Origin: Iphione sp. A-MEVVRFRX5
Taxonomy: Eukaryota
Assembly (NCBI GenBank): GCA_976226885.1
Contig: OZ320313.1
Location: 56,544,001-56,608,000 of the forward strand
DNA: 64,000 nt
Direction of reading: 5' to 3'
Below are positions 25,201 to 34,583 of the stretch, piece by piece. The notes below the pieces were generated by a model. The model was not told where the DNA came from, made no database searches, and was given only the letters and a program-made list of their open reading frames with translations. Each line of letters starts with the position of its first letter. Within the stretch, counting starts at the first letter, position 1. A program made the translations under genes and the position numbers.

Positions 25201-28200
25201 TGAAATACCGAGGGACTGGAAAAAGGCGACAATTGTTCCAATCTATAAAAAGGGTAGTAAATTACAGTGTGCGAACTATAGACCGGTATCTCTTTTGTCA
25301 TGTCCGAGTAAAGTGTTAGAGAGTATTGTTCTGACAAGAGTTAGTAGACATGCTGACAATATCTCACTATTTAATGATAACCAGTTCGGTTTTCGTCGGG
25401 GGCGAAGCACAATATCTGCAGTAGGATCTATATTAAAGGGCGTATTTGAGAATATTAACTGTGGCAAATATGTAGCATGTACCTATCTCGATCTTTCAAA
25501 GGCGTTTGACCTTGTAGACCATAGATTGATTCTAAAGAAATTAGCTGATTACGGTATTGGAGGCCTTGCACTGCGTTGGTTTGTGTCGTATTTGGAAGGG
25601 AGATCACAATGTGTGCGTGTCAATGGGGTTCATTCTACTTATTGTAACATTAATACCGGTGTGCCGCAAGGCTCCCTGTTAGGGCCATGGTTATTCATAG
25701 TTATGATAAATGATATTTTCAGTATCTCCTCTCCATCTCAATTTTTTGTCTATGCGGACGATGTAACTGTATTAACGATAGGATCAAGTGCACTTACCCT
25801 GCGGGCTAAGTTACAGTTTACTTTGAAACGTATTTCTACGTGGTGTGTGAATAATGGTCTGTTGCTAAATTGCAATAAGTCTAAGGTTATGGCCTTTGGA
25901 AAGGCTAGGGATTATATGCTGGATGTGCAAATGGATAATGTAGTATTGGGACAGGTGCAAAATTTCAACCTTTTGGGGATTGAAATTGACAATGAGTTAA
26001 GTTTCTCGAAAATGGTTAATTTTAAGATCCATAAATTACAGCAGTCTTCGTATCTGATGAGACGTGCTGCATTCTTATTAGATCGTGATTTAAGGAAAAA
26101 ATTGTTTGTAAGCTTTGTAACACCTTATATGGACTATGGTATTTGCTTCTTAAAAGGTTGTAAGAAATGTGACTGGCAAAAACTGGTATCGGCCTGGTAT
26201 AAGGCCATCCAGTCGTGTATAATGTCTTGTTGGGTAGAGAGGCGAGTATTGACGAGATGGCTATTGGATAATAGAATCAGAGATTGTGATCAAAGGATAG
26301 AGTATTTTTTACTTCTTCTAATCACTGATCTATATGATTTAGGATTTTGTAAGGTGAGAAGAAGAACTAGTACTAGGCTGGGTACTGCAGTTCAGTTGTA
26401 TTGTGATAGACCATTATTGGCTCTATATGACAGGTCATTCCTGATGGAAGGAATACGAAGTTGGAATAAGCTGCCAATCTCGGTTATTCAACAGGGTACA
26501 AAGGCTATCAAGCTGTATTTGAAGAGAACTATTAGATGATACTATAGCTATTTAGTATAACTCTTGAATATAGGTTCATTGTGTAAGGAATGTTGGTATT
26601 CTGTTAAATGGAATCAATATTGTATATGTTGAACTTCTATACGGATATTATTGTAGACTAAGGAAGTACGACCACTAACTATTATGTATTTGGTTATGGT
26701 GAGTCGCTTGTTGAAAATACTCCTATTGTAGGAGACACAGTGTTCTCAATAAACATTTTTCAATCAATCAATCAATCAAAATATAATAGGTCGGGAAAAG
26801 AACATGACGTACACAGAAACAAACGCATGATATGTCGGGGCCTTTAATGCAAAGGGTACCCCATCTTATCAAAGGTAGGGGACCTACAAGAAACCGTGAA
26901 AAGTACACACAAGATATAATCTCTCATGAAAGCTTCAATCTGATGTGCTCGTTGGAAATTCACAATTAGATGCCACAAGATAGACATGATCAGCCATTTG
27001 GAAAAGAGAGAAGAAACCTGTATTGTATTGACTAATTCAAAGGAATGGCATCATGCGGATATGAGAGGAATTAAACACTACGATTTTATTTACATGCGAA
27101 GGGTGTCTGTCCTTTTGTGTTGGACTGTATATCCCCTCTGGGGACAGCCCAACTCTGAATATATAAATAGAAGTATGAACTTTAGAAGGATGTCCCTCGA
27201 TAATGGGTTGTTCTGGTGAGAGCCAAAGTGTCCAAAACTAAGAGAGTCCACAGTATATGAAAAAGCCATAGTAGAATTAAAGAACAACTAGGTACCAATA
27301 TTAAGATCGATAGAAAATATGATGAGCGAACACTGCAATTCTAGACGAAATAATCAAAAACCGAATCGGGAAGAAACATGGACGTTAGAAACGAAATATA
27401 GCACGTTTAATGCTGAAGAACTGCTCTACCTTTGGACTGAATATTCAACCTACTGACCTTCGAAGAATTCTTTGTAGAAACGTACAATGTTCGAAAGACG
27501 TTTTTGTTAAATGTGCCTTGTCAATTCATAGGAAAAAGCAAACAATACGCCACACGTTGAACCAAATGCCCTTCATGAACCACATAAACCAAGTTTACAG
27601 AGACAGCCTGTAGGCACATGAGCTGTATTATTGAAATTCCATGCCTCAGCAAATGCAGTCGCGAAGAGGAGACCCTCCTATGATGTCTTCCAGAGAATGG
27701 CATAAGTGAAACGATAGGAGATTAGTTTGTGGGAGGCAAATAGTATATCAACTAATCGTATATGAAAAAAGGAGTGTAACTTAAATAGTCGCTTATCCAG
27801 AAGATGTAGCAGACGGCTAATGGCAGGAAATGCTTCTTTATACATGTACGTGTATTTTATCGTCAAAAGTAGTGACCAATACTATATGAAACGTGTGTGG
27901 TCCTCATTTTCATCCAGGGTTTGACCATGTACATATACGTAGAACAGTTGTTTTTACACTGTACCTAAAGCAGCAAAACGATAAGGAACCTGCCGGCTAA
28001 GCAAGAAATAATCTCATTTACATCTACTCTACATGCGCTTGCTAGCTCAAGGATCGAGTGATCGGCGAAACGATTATATAAGGATGTGACTCAGTTGCAA
28101 CGGGTGTAGAAACAGGTGTATATATATATACATGACATCCTACATTTGTATCAGCGGTGAATACATGCAATGATGCCGTCAGGTTGGAATTTCGATTTTT

Positions 28201-31200
28201 AATGTTTCCACAGAAGTACATGCATGACGGGTGTATAGCTGGACAAACAATTAGTCAAGCACCATTAATATTCCTTTCATAGGTGACATGTTTTGGAAAG
28301 CGATGTATTCATAATGATTTTACAATCAAAAATTTAAGTCTTGTATTCTCGAAGTAGGATTTTTTCAAAAAGCCATTCCATCTGGATCACCACCTACCAG
28401 TATTCCTCCTTGAGTCCTTTCAGCAAGCCGATCATGTACTTTTGTTGGTTAAACAGTTCATTTTCATAACTCCGCATGTCCTGAATGAAAATCAGTGATT
28501 GGATGAAGCTCATATTACGTTTGAACGAGGAAGGGGACCTATATTGAGGTCTGTTATCCCCCACCAGCCAATCAAGTGGAACTAATTAGTGTTCTGCCTG
28601 GGTGAGCAGAATAAAACAAAGTCTCATGCCTCGAAATCTACAAACAAACTGACTCCATATGTATGCCAGTCTTTGTATGCAACAAAGATATTTGATTTGT
28701 AATAGTACAATGAGAGGCATTAAGTTTATGATATTCCATGTTGAGATCCCTATCCACACTTACCTTTTCCAGGACATATATGTGTTGCTTTGCTTTTGTT
28801 AAATCCCCCGTACATTCTGTAAAAGAAGGCGAAAGAGATCAAAGACAGGACGAATTTATATGAATTTACTGTGGGAAGCGGGCGAAATTCATATTCTGTA
28901 TTTAAAGACAATCATGTAAAGGCATATGGTTATGGAAACATAAGGGAACAGACAGCCCTGTACATAGTTAACACCCAATGTTTCTTGGACATGTTCACCT
29001 TTCAAATTTACGGTATTATGACACATCTATGATGTAGCGATTACATGTGAATTTTGGTCAAATTAAAAAGAGCTTTTTATTTTGATTTATCAAAGTAAGT
29101 CACAATGAAATCTTGCCTTCATTATCAGTCTTTTTGTTCATGCTCAACTCCAGTTTCAGTTTCTGCATTCTAAGTTCATTATCCGCGGTCTGTTGAATAG
29201 ACATAAGAAAGGACGATGGTCTTTTTAATGTGGAACATCCTCAAGCACATAGGATAACGTAATGACACTCCAATGATTTGTTTCTCTTAAAGGGCAATAT
29301 CTTTACTGATAGGTGCCAAAGACGTAGGATGCATGAAATAGCTAGAACCATCTCAGCTAGTAGAATACTAAAGACATAATCTGAAAATACTGACGGAAAA
29401 TTTCTTTGATAAGCCATCCCTTTCTCGTGTGATTTTTTTCACTTCCTCCTCCAGTTCCTTTTGCCTGTAAAATAAAAAGAAGCATATAAAAGAGGTAGGC
29501 AGTAAAAAATAGATCCCGAATATGGGAAACGTATTATCGTTGTGTAAAGAAATTGTCTCAGTGCCACAACACATAGTCAGATGGAGAATGTTCGAACACT
29601 GGCTAACCTTTCATTTGCTTTTGCGAGCACCCGTTCTTTCTCCTTTTGCCACAACTGTACATTATTCTCCCGCTGTAATCTGTGAGAATTAAATGAATCG
29701 AAAATATTAAGCTAACATCTGAAACGTGTTTGAATCCAAATTAAAGTGGGGATTGGTAACGTAATGTATACTCTATATATTATACTTTTTAATATCACAA
29801 AACATGGTGCTGTTGAGTTTCCATCATATGGGTAAAATATTTACCACGCCTTTAAAATACTGAACACATCATAGGATAAAGTGTTTTACATATAAATATT
29901 TTACATAGTTAGTAATCTTTTTTTGGACCATTCTTACAGAAAGTACCTGAAGTACCTTTACATTAAATCGAATAATTTGTACTTTATACTAAACAGGACA
30001 CGATAAATGCACCGGAAAGGAAAGGAATGCTTGGCTAGCAATATTAATCTCGTTAGAAAACACGAAGAAAGAACACTGCAAGTTGATATAAAAACACCAG
30101 ACTGCATTATCATGGCAACAATGCCCCTGAGAATATCTGCACATACATGTTTACAAGTCCATTTGTGGATAGCCAGCACAAAACCTACATCTCTCGTGTA
30201 TGGAATTTCGTTATCCAAATACAGTCTGCTGTTATGAAGGTTAATCCGTTGATGAGGTTGAAACTCTATGTATATAAACAGGCTTCTGACAGAAAATCTA
30301 ACTTACTCTGCTATCTTCTCTGACTTCTCGCGGATGACCTCTTCTAAGTGATGTACCGTCGCACTGAGCGTGTTCATATTTGCCTTGTCCTTCTTGTAGT
30401 TCCACCGAAGATCAGCAAGTTCTGATTGTGTCTCTGCCAAGTTTGCTGCAGGAAATGTGAAAACAAAAAAAATGAACCTTAAATGTGATTTGGTTTATAT
30501 GTGATGAGATTATTTCGAAGATGTAGATACTTTAATCCTTAAGGGTCCTAATGTTAATATCTTTCTATGGACATGATAACGTACCTTGGATTTTCTTTAT
30601 TTCACCTCGTAATTTCTCTTCTGTGTCAAAATGTTCCTGGAATAAGGAAATGCATGGTATCTGATATGTGTCTGGTTTCAATAGACGTTCGTAAAGCCGC
30701 AGTGAGAATCTACCTAGAAATCCTGTACTTTTATATTCATACAATAGAAATTTACACAATACGTAGACACCTAAGCGTATTTTCAATTAATGTATGGAGT
30801 GTGCATGCATGAACAAACATCAATATATGAAAGGATAGATGCACTTTAAAGATCGATGCTGTGCAAGTGTGCTTTTTCATAATACATGTGAGGTGTGATG
30901 TTTGAAAGGAGGAATGTCCAAAATTCATATTTGCATGCAACCATGCACCAGTAGCGTCGAGAAGCATTATCCTGCGGCAGAGGAATGTACAGAACTGTAT
31001 AGGAAGACATACAACAAGATCTATGAAATCAGCACAATGTCTGAGATTTGCACAAAAACAGTACAATTTACACTGATTTTGGCTCAATTTCAAGATATTC
31101 ACAAAAACAAAGATACGCTTTAGGCAGATTTGGCTCAAAATCCAACAGTTTTTACACAAAAAGCTACTTTACAATGGTTTGGCTCCATGCAGACATGTTG

Positions 31201-32880
31201 GGACAAGCGGGGACACACAGGTACACATACATACACCCTTGCATCAAATACGGGATGATCTGAGAGAATCTCCTAAAACAATACTCTTCGCTGACACCAC
31301 ACTTCCAATGTCCAACTTCCAGCAAGTGTACAGCTTTAACAAATGTGGTTCTGTGTTTACTTAATACACTACATCGCGTCGCCTAAGGATGTCTGTCAAG
31401 ATGGAATCAAATTCATGATAATCTTTCTGATCATAGCTCCAAATAAAGATGTGTCCCATGTGGCACCATCCTAATTCTATGGAGGAAATTCAGACCTGTA
31501 ATGGTTTCTCTATAGTTGATTTGATGTCGCTCATGATTGTCATCATGTCATAAATGACTTTGATAGGCGTTTTACTTTCTTCGGCTGTAAAACCACCTTT
31601 ATTGTAGTCATGTCCTTTACTTTCAAGGATTCCCGTGCGGATCCTTTCCCATTTCTCTGTTTCCTGGTGAATACAATAAAAAACAACTAATGAGTCATGA
31701 TGAAACAGTTATCACGCGTAGTTTTTGAATGTCAGCCTTTCTGACACATGGCAGTTAGAAGGCCAAGTGGTTCACAGTCAATTAAAATGCATAAATAAAG
31801 CTCTATACATTTCAGTGTCTTAATTTCTGGTTGTAGGCAAGAAGGACGTTATCTTATGATGGATCAATTCCGAAACCAGAATTTCTGGAGTTTTAATAAT
31901 AACTAATGCATTTTCCAGTGAAAGCCTCTGGTCATTTATGAAATATGTTTATACGAGAACTGGTAAAAAGGATAACTCTGCTTATACATATATAGATGCA
32001 TGTAATGCCTAAGAGAATTTTCTTTATTTCCAGTAACAGACTTTTCAATTGTTAATGGGGCCGAAAGAGCTAAACAATATCATCCAAGCCTAAAAGCTAT
32101 CACTTCTACTGCTTGGATATTATATCATATGGAAGCTAAGGACCCAAGGAAGAAATGGTGTATTGCATAAGTCTCTTACTTTATTCCTTCCCATGATATA
32201 AGCAAGACATCTTTAGAAACACTTCCATATGGAGAAAAATCAGAGTTAGTCAGGTTACCGGAAATACAAATATCTTTTATTTTTTTAACAACATATTCAT
32301 ATCATAAGGCAGGAATAACCTAAACGCCTACGGAATAAAATACTTCGTAAATTTTATAATGCAAAAATGCACCTTATACAATTGTAAGCTGCGAATTACA
32401 TCTAATATTTTCATGTATTATTTAATGTATTATTTATGCAAGCTAAAATTAGAGACACTAGTCATATCCCTGTCTTGATATAGAAGACTCTAGTTATATC
32501 CCTATCTTTAATTGATATAAAAAGTATACAAAACAGCAAAGCAATATGAATTGGGTCCAGTGAAAGAAATATATGTTATGTTGAATAACATTATCAAACG
32601 ACAGACAGGCGGTAGCTGTTTTAACGGTTACATGTAACATTAGAGATCAAGTGAATTTAACTAGCTATTTGTATAAAACAGCATTACAATAAAAAGAGGT
32701 CTTATAATCAAGTGATATAAGCTTGGAATAATTGTATACCAGATGTATACTAGATAGTGGATTAGAATATAATGGATTAGAATATAATATAATTTATTTT
32801 TGATAATGGATGAACAATTATTACTAAGGAAAACGCAGAAAAACGAATGTATATCCGATTGTGTACATGTGAATTCAGAA

Positions 32881-32911
<31 letters not shown>

Positions 32912-33385
32912 AAAGTGAGTTGAAATTACTTCTTTCAAACGAATTGAAGCATTGTATTGTCTTTACTGAGTGCAAAGAAATAAATCTCAAAGATCGATAC
33001 GAACTGTAACGTGTTCGTCAAACTTTCGCTTTTTATTCTAAACAAAATGAAAACATGCCAAGTAGTAAGGCATTTTCATGCATTTCATACCAGCTGAATA
33101 TGCCTTAGTGTTCAGACTGGGAATAGGATTATACCAGATTTTCTGCCTGAAATGGCACTCCAGGAAGCGAGAAGCTGTGCCTGAAATCAAACGTCGTAAT
33201 GCCAGAAGCTGTGACCGCCTCACCATTTTTTTCAGTCGATCTAAGAGCTCTTTCTGGGGTAAGGTCCCACCCGGATCAAGCGGTACCACAATATCCCGGA
33301 GAACATGGAACATGTGGTGTACGCCCTCTTGCACCAGCTGCAGGTGGGCGTCCGACATCAGTGGCGTCGACATGTGGTCCAGACG
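13967..33385 (-). CDS. Multi-exon host gene (at least 20 coding exons, 596 aa modelled): coiled coil, linker, EF-hand pair, C-terminal CaaX; family unassigned
   Basis: Twenty exons with AG/GT boundaries (one GC donor) and matching phases sum to 1791 nt with no internal stop. EF loops DTNGDGELDLSE and DIDGSQTMDFFE; ends in CVVQ*. The true 5' end is not resolved (first in-frame Met, MSTPL, is at 33373). Confidence 0.85.
14413..14503 (-). CDS. Host gene exon 19: EAMLEVDIDGSQTMDFFEYLSIAHLLSEKK (EF-hand 2)
   Basis: tttttcgccctcag acceptor, G|gtaatt donor; loop DIDGSQTMDFFE. Confidence 0.9.
14561..14867 (-). mobile_element. PIF/Harbinger-type MITE, family A copy 2 (inverted relative to copy 1)
   Basis: Same TIRs, TTA duplication on both sides, internal sequence is the reverse complement of 13036-13386. 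Confidence 0.85.
14887..15726. mobile_element. Non-autonomous piggyBac-like element (TIR CCCTTTACAGGC)
   Basis: Left (C)TAA-CCCTTTACAGGC, right GCCTGTAAAGGG-TTAA. Confidence 0.75.
15070..15336. mobile_element. Nested MITE with about 45-bp TIRs and internal (TTAGGG)3
   Basis: TTTACCGGTACGTCGCCGCCATCTTGGATTTTT (15083-) is mirrored by AAAAATCCAAGATGGCGCCGACGTACCGGTAAA (-15323); GGGTTAGGGTTAGGGTTAG at about 15245-15263. Confidence 0.8.
16249..16282. repeat. (TATG)n microsatellite
   Basis: Seen directly. Confidence 0.95.
17046..17102 (-). CDS. Host gene exon 18: LMNAMTNTVGGQFTAAQVR
   Basis: cctattgaag acceptor, AGG|gtaagt donor; helix-linker between the EF-hands. Confidence 0.85.
17287..17355 (-). 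CDS. Host gene exon 17: VRDQWGHFKTYDTNGDGELDLSE (EF-hand 1)
   Basis: Canonical EF loop D-x-N-x-D-G-x-L-D-x-x-E; ctctttcaaag acceptor, GAG|gtaatc donor. Confidence 0.9.
17937..18022 (-). CDS. Host gene exon 16: (E)HPTLVNERTGFVNMIAVMKFFPYMTQDY
   Basis: ctttattttcag acceptor, TAT|gtaagt donor, phase 1/0. Confidence 0.85.
18197..18301 (-). CDS. Host gene exon 15: (E)LLKQLISSKQ...TPNEEV
   Basis: cctatag acceptor, G|gtatgc donor, phase 1/1. Confidence 0.7.
19042..19189. mobile_element. Possible small Tc1/pogo-type MITE
   Basis: TA-CAGT...ACTG-TA ends, CCCGGG near both ends, repeated GGTCTC motifs; TIR match is imperfect. Confidence 0.4.
19793..19849 (-). CDS. Host gene exon 14: (G)TLQGFTRAGRRRSSVLPD
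   Basis: taatttttcag acceptor, G|gtatgt donor, phase 1/1. Confidence 0.75.
20640..20877 (-). mobile_element. tRNA-derived SINE
   Basis: Minus strand: A-box TAGCTCAGTGGTAGAG and B-box-like ATGTTCAATCC (20803-20877), followed by a non-tRNA body (CCAGAGTGGTCCACAAC...AAAGGCTGTGG...). Confidence 0.7.
21393..21508 (-). CDS. Host gene exon 13: (R)LAPLPEDG...KRRSTLLPE
   Basis: ctgttaccaatag acceptor, G|gtaaaa donor, phase 2/1. Confidence 0.7.
21679..21723 (-). CDS. Host gene exon 12: (N)AENMLTKKNSTQRG
   Basis: Weak gccaattag acceptor, AG|gtatag donor, phase 2/2. This is the only junction found that keeps the frame open. Confidence 0.55.
22147..22196 (-). CDS. Host gene exon 11: DIARVPVKKLSLGYGA
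   Basis: cctgtttcag acceptor, AA|gtaggt donor, phase 0/2. Confidence 0.7.
22910..23075 (-). CDS. Host gene exon 10: (C)DTWNEVLTQETVPLETCRLGRQFQLRLNKIFLAAAEGRVGAIRADLPDQYLATDK
   Basis: cttctctttccag acceptor, AAG|gtatgc donor, phase 2/0. Confidence 0.85.
23169..23681 (+). CDS. LINE ORF1 fragment, SGNH/GDSL esterase-like
   Basis: Open frame YDLIYVFVGVNNL (block III GxN-like) ... YLTDGCHPGDEALRNW (block V DxxH). Block I (GDS) is not present; an in-frame TGA lies at 23166. Confidence 0.65.
   Translation, partial: QKSVKSASDLSRYDLIYVFVGVNNLCIRDRTTKQLLPAFANSESWVCWFTAYHSQLVSRLSQNGFEGRVGILPITGINWRQYSPGTFNSDRQTYVNDCVRVVNAVIRELNDSMHVYTPETAEPVHRWQGSRYRTKYKYLTDGCHPGDEALRNWGASISIAIAMMFGLFQS
23744..26539 (+). 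CDS. LINE ORF2: AP endonuclease plus reverse transcriptase, uninterrupted (likely ATG at 23759)
   Basis: APE motifs GAWN, ETWL, YRPP, GDFN, LDH, SDH. RT motifs WKKATIVPIYKKG, NYRPVSLL, DLSKAFD, GVPQGSLLGP, YADD. C-terminal SWNKLP. Confidence 0.95.
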   Translation: MVFITMTVLRIGAWNSRSVLGKLKDVSILLNQEKLDVLGIVETWLTESLTLGILMQLGFSIYRLDRDKEKVNKKRGGGLLLYVREGWVSEVIDEGCSMTNDGEILCVRFKPGRRKLHLVFLVYRPPDGNLKEFLDMLQRMVMEVNTNNKCQVTILGDFNVDLLHRNKNWKMCDAFAKYLSMRQVVCSSTHDKGAGLDHIYITGEYKVSKSMIMDSSDHRVIWVDMKKPRYCKPPMTSKFCRDTSNYSFIKLQDSLNECDWPDAEVTDLDELWECWMSNCMNVLDTMAPLKEHFFRVNESVVVKPILLELRRERLYFHKKWLKTKRIDYKRIRNFYRNKFNQIVRVEKRHNFLSRLNKCERNDSNYWKVINETVFGKCKKSQVINIRKDGEMIDGESVCEEMNRFFVDTVETLAATTRPEYRCSFSYDETLNYFVEASYEEVAKLINRLKLTKPSGLPGISMRFLKDCLRATLYYFTAVLNKSLRYGEIPRDWKKATIVPIYKKGSKLQCANYRPVSLLSCPSKVLESIVLTRVSRHADNISLFNDNQFGFRRGRSTISAVGSILKGVFENINCGKYVACTYLDLSKAFDLVDHRLILKKLADYGIGGLALRWFVSYLEGRSQCVRVNGVHSTYCNINTGVPQGSLLGPWLFIVMINDIFSISSPSQFFVYADDVTVLTIGSSALTLRAKLQFTLKRISTWCVNNGLLLNCNKSKVMAFGKARDYMLDVQMDNVVLGQVQNFNLLGIEIDNELSFSKMVNFKIHKLQQSSYLMRRAAFLLDRDLRKKLFVSFVTPYMDYGICFLKGCKKCDWQKLVSAWYKAIQSCIMSCWVERRVLTRWLLDNRIRDCDQRIEYFLLLLITDLYDLGFCKVRRRTSTRLGTAVQLYCDRPLLALYDRSFLMEGIRSWNKLPISVIQQGTKAIKLYLKRTIR
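28398..28480 (-). CDS. Host gene exon 9: DMRSYENELFNQQKYMIGLLKGLKEEY
   Basis: ttttcattcag acceptor, TG|gtaggt donor, phase 0/2. Confidence 0.8.
28764..28816 (-). CDS. Host gene exon 8: (E)CTGDLTKAKQHIYVLEK
   Basis: ccttcttttacag acceptor, AAG|gtaagt donor, phase 1/0. Confidence 0.8.
29117..29189 (-). CDS. Host gene exon 7: TADNELRMQKLKLELSMNKKTDNE (GC donor)
   Basis: tctattcaacag acceptor, AAG|gcaaga donor; required to keep phase 0/1. Confidence 0.7.
29395..29464 (-). CDS. Host gene exon 6: (R)QKELEEEVKKITRERDGLSKKFS
   Basis: tttttattttacag acceptor, TCC|gtcagt donor, phase 2/0. Confidence 0.8.
29608..29679 (-). CDS. Host gene exon 5: (E)LQRENNVQLWQKEKERVLAKANE
   Basis: ttctcacag acceptor, AG|gttagc donor, phase 2/2. 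Confidence 0.8.
30307..30445 (-). CDS. Host gene exon 4: (A)NLAETQSELADLRWNY...EKSEKIA, coiled coil
   Basis: tttcctgcag acceptor, GA|gtaagt donor, phase 1/2. Confidence 0.85.
30585..30636 (-). CDS. Host gene exon 3: EHFDTEEKLRGEIKKIQ
   Basis: tttccttattccag acceptor, G|gtacgt donor, phase 0/1. Confidence 0.8.
31496..31663 (-). CDS. Host gene exon 2: ETEKWERIRTGILESKGHDYNKGG...IEKPLQ
   Basis: ttgtattcaccag acceptor, CAG|gtctga donor, 56 open codons. Confidence 0.8.
32879..32911. repeat. (AAAT)n microsatellite
   Basis: Seen directly. Confidence 0.95.
33224..33385 (-). CDS. Host gene exon 1 (5'-most confident): RLDHMSTPLMSDAHLQLVQEGVHHMFHVLRDIVVPLDPGGTLPQKELLDRLKKM
   Basis: ttttccttataacag acceptor, ATG|gtgagg donor, phase 0/0. 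Confidence 0.8.
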
Positions 33386-33555
33386 CTGTTATAAGGAAAA
33401 GGTCATACAACTGGGTAAGACACTGTCAAAGACGATACAACCATAATTGCATGTATTGGAGGGGACAAAATTACATCTCAGTCATCATATAGCTGAAGAT
33501 ATTGTGATCATTTTGCGACAGTGGTGATCCTTCTCAAAGACAATGCGAGAACTCA

Positions 33556-34583
33556 GGCCAAAACAAAAAATAGGTGTGTTTCTGGTAACTCACCCCTACC
33601 TAGTAAAACCTCTCCCTACCTAAAAATTGTTTGGCCCCAAAGACTTTCAAAGTCTGAATTTTCTTAGATACATGTTTTCTCAACACATATTCTTAGTAAA
33701 TTCAGTAGAAAAACAACAAAATCCATGACAATTCATTAAAAAACTGTAAATTGGTCAAAATTCTTCATATTGCCTTTATCATTATTGAAAACCAGAAACA
33801 GAAAGTGGAAAAAAATTAAAATAAAAATACCCCCTCCCTACCTAGGTTTTCAGCTGGTCGTGACCAAAAACACACCTATAGGAGAATCTTACTTTCCGAC
33901 CTCATCACTTTGCGACCAAGACGCCCATTGCGACCATTTTGGGTCGGAACGGAATTAATTTCAGTAAATATCCTATATGATAGTATCTTACTTTGCGACC
34001 ATATTGCTTTCCGACCAATATCACCATACGACCACTCATCTTAGGGTTGTTTTCTGTATAATTCATTATTGCTTTGCGACCAAGCGGTAACACCTTGGAG
34101 AGGGTGGCGGGAGAGGTACTTGGTGTCAACAGCGACCTCTCTGATGTCTCTCACACCTTGGAGAGGGTGGCGGGAGAGGTAGGGGGTGTCAACAGCGACC
34201 TCTCTGATGGCTATCACACCCTGGAGAGGGTAGTAGGAGAGGTTGGAGGCATCAACTGTGACCTCTCTGATGTCTTTCACACCCTGGAGGGTGTGTATCT
34301 CACACCTCTTTTAGTCACTTTTAGTCATCGGATTCAGCACTTTTTGGACATTTAGTCATCAAATTCAGCACTTTTTGGACATTTAGTCATCAAATTTAGC
34401 ACTTTTGGACGTTTCAGAGAGGGCCCTCAAATTGTTGTGGCAGGGCAGTCAAACTATTGCTTTCCGACCATATTCAATATTACGACCATTTTGGGCTGAC
34501 CCAACTGGTGGTCGCAAAGTAAGGTTCTCCTGTATTTTTTTAAATTTTTTTATTATTATTTTTTTTTTTGGGGGGGGGGGGCT
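33556..34583 (+). mobile_element. PIF/Harbinger-type MITE, family A copy 3, with its right TIR split by a nested insertion
   Basis: TCA duplication (33553-33555, 34584-34586). Body matches copy 1. The TIR is interrupted after CACACCTA and resumes as TATTTT...GGGGCT. Confidence 0.8.
33879..34532. mobile_element. Nested TIR element carrying 60-bp and 30-bp tandem repeats
   Basis: TIR GGAGAATCTTACTTTCCGACC / GGTCGCAAAGTAAGGTTCTCC, probable TA duplication, many internal TTTGCGACCA motifs. 60-mer x3-4 at about 34090-34290, 30-mer x3 at about 34320-34410. Confidence 0.8.

Larger units (their letters stand above)
23095..26779 (+). mobile_element. Young, probably 5'-truncated CR1/L2-group LINE in intron 9 of the host gene, antisense to it
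   Basis: ORF1 fragment, intact ORF2, 3'UTR with AATAAA (26748-26753) and (CAAT)n tail (26761-26779). 5' boundary is approximate; no TSD recognised. Confidence 0.9.

Noticed and set aside
27410-27613. 67-aa plus-strand ORF in intron 9
   Set aside because: No motif, stops in the flanking frame; cannot be supported as coding.
33078-33492. Plus-strand ORFs of 122 and 97 aa
   Set aside because: Antisense shadows of host exon 1.
34041-34355. Repetitive ORFs on both strands (also 43086-43403)
   Set aside because: Produced by 60-bp and 17-bp tandem repeats inside MITEs.
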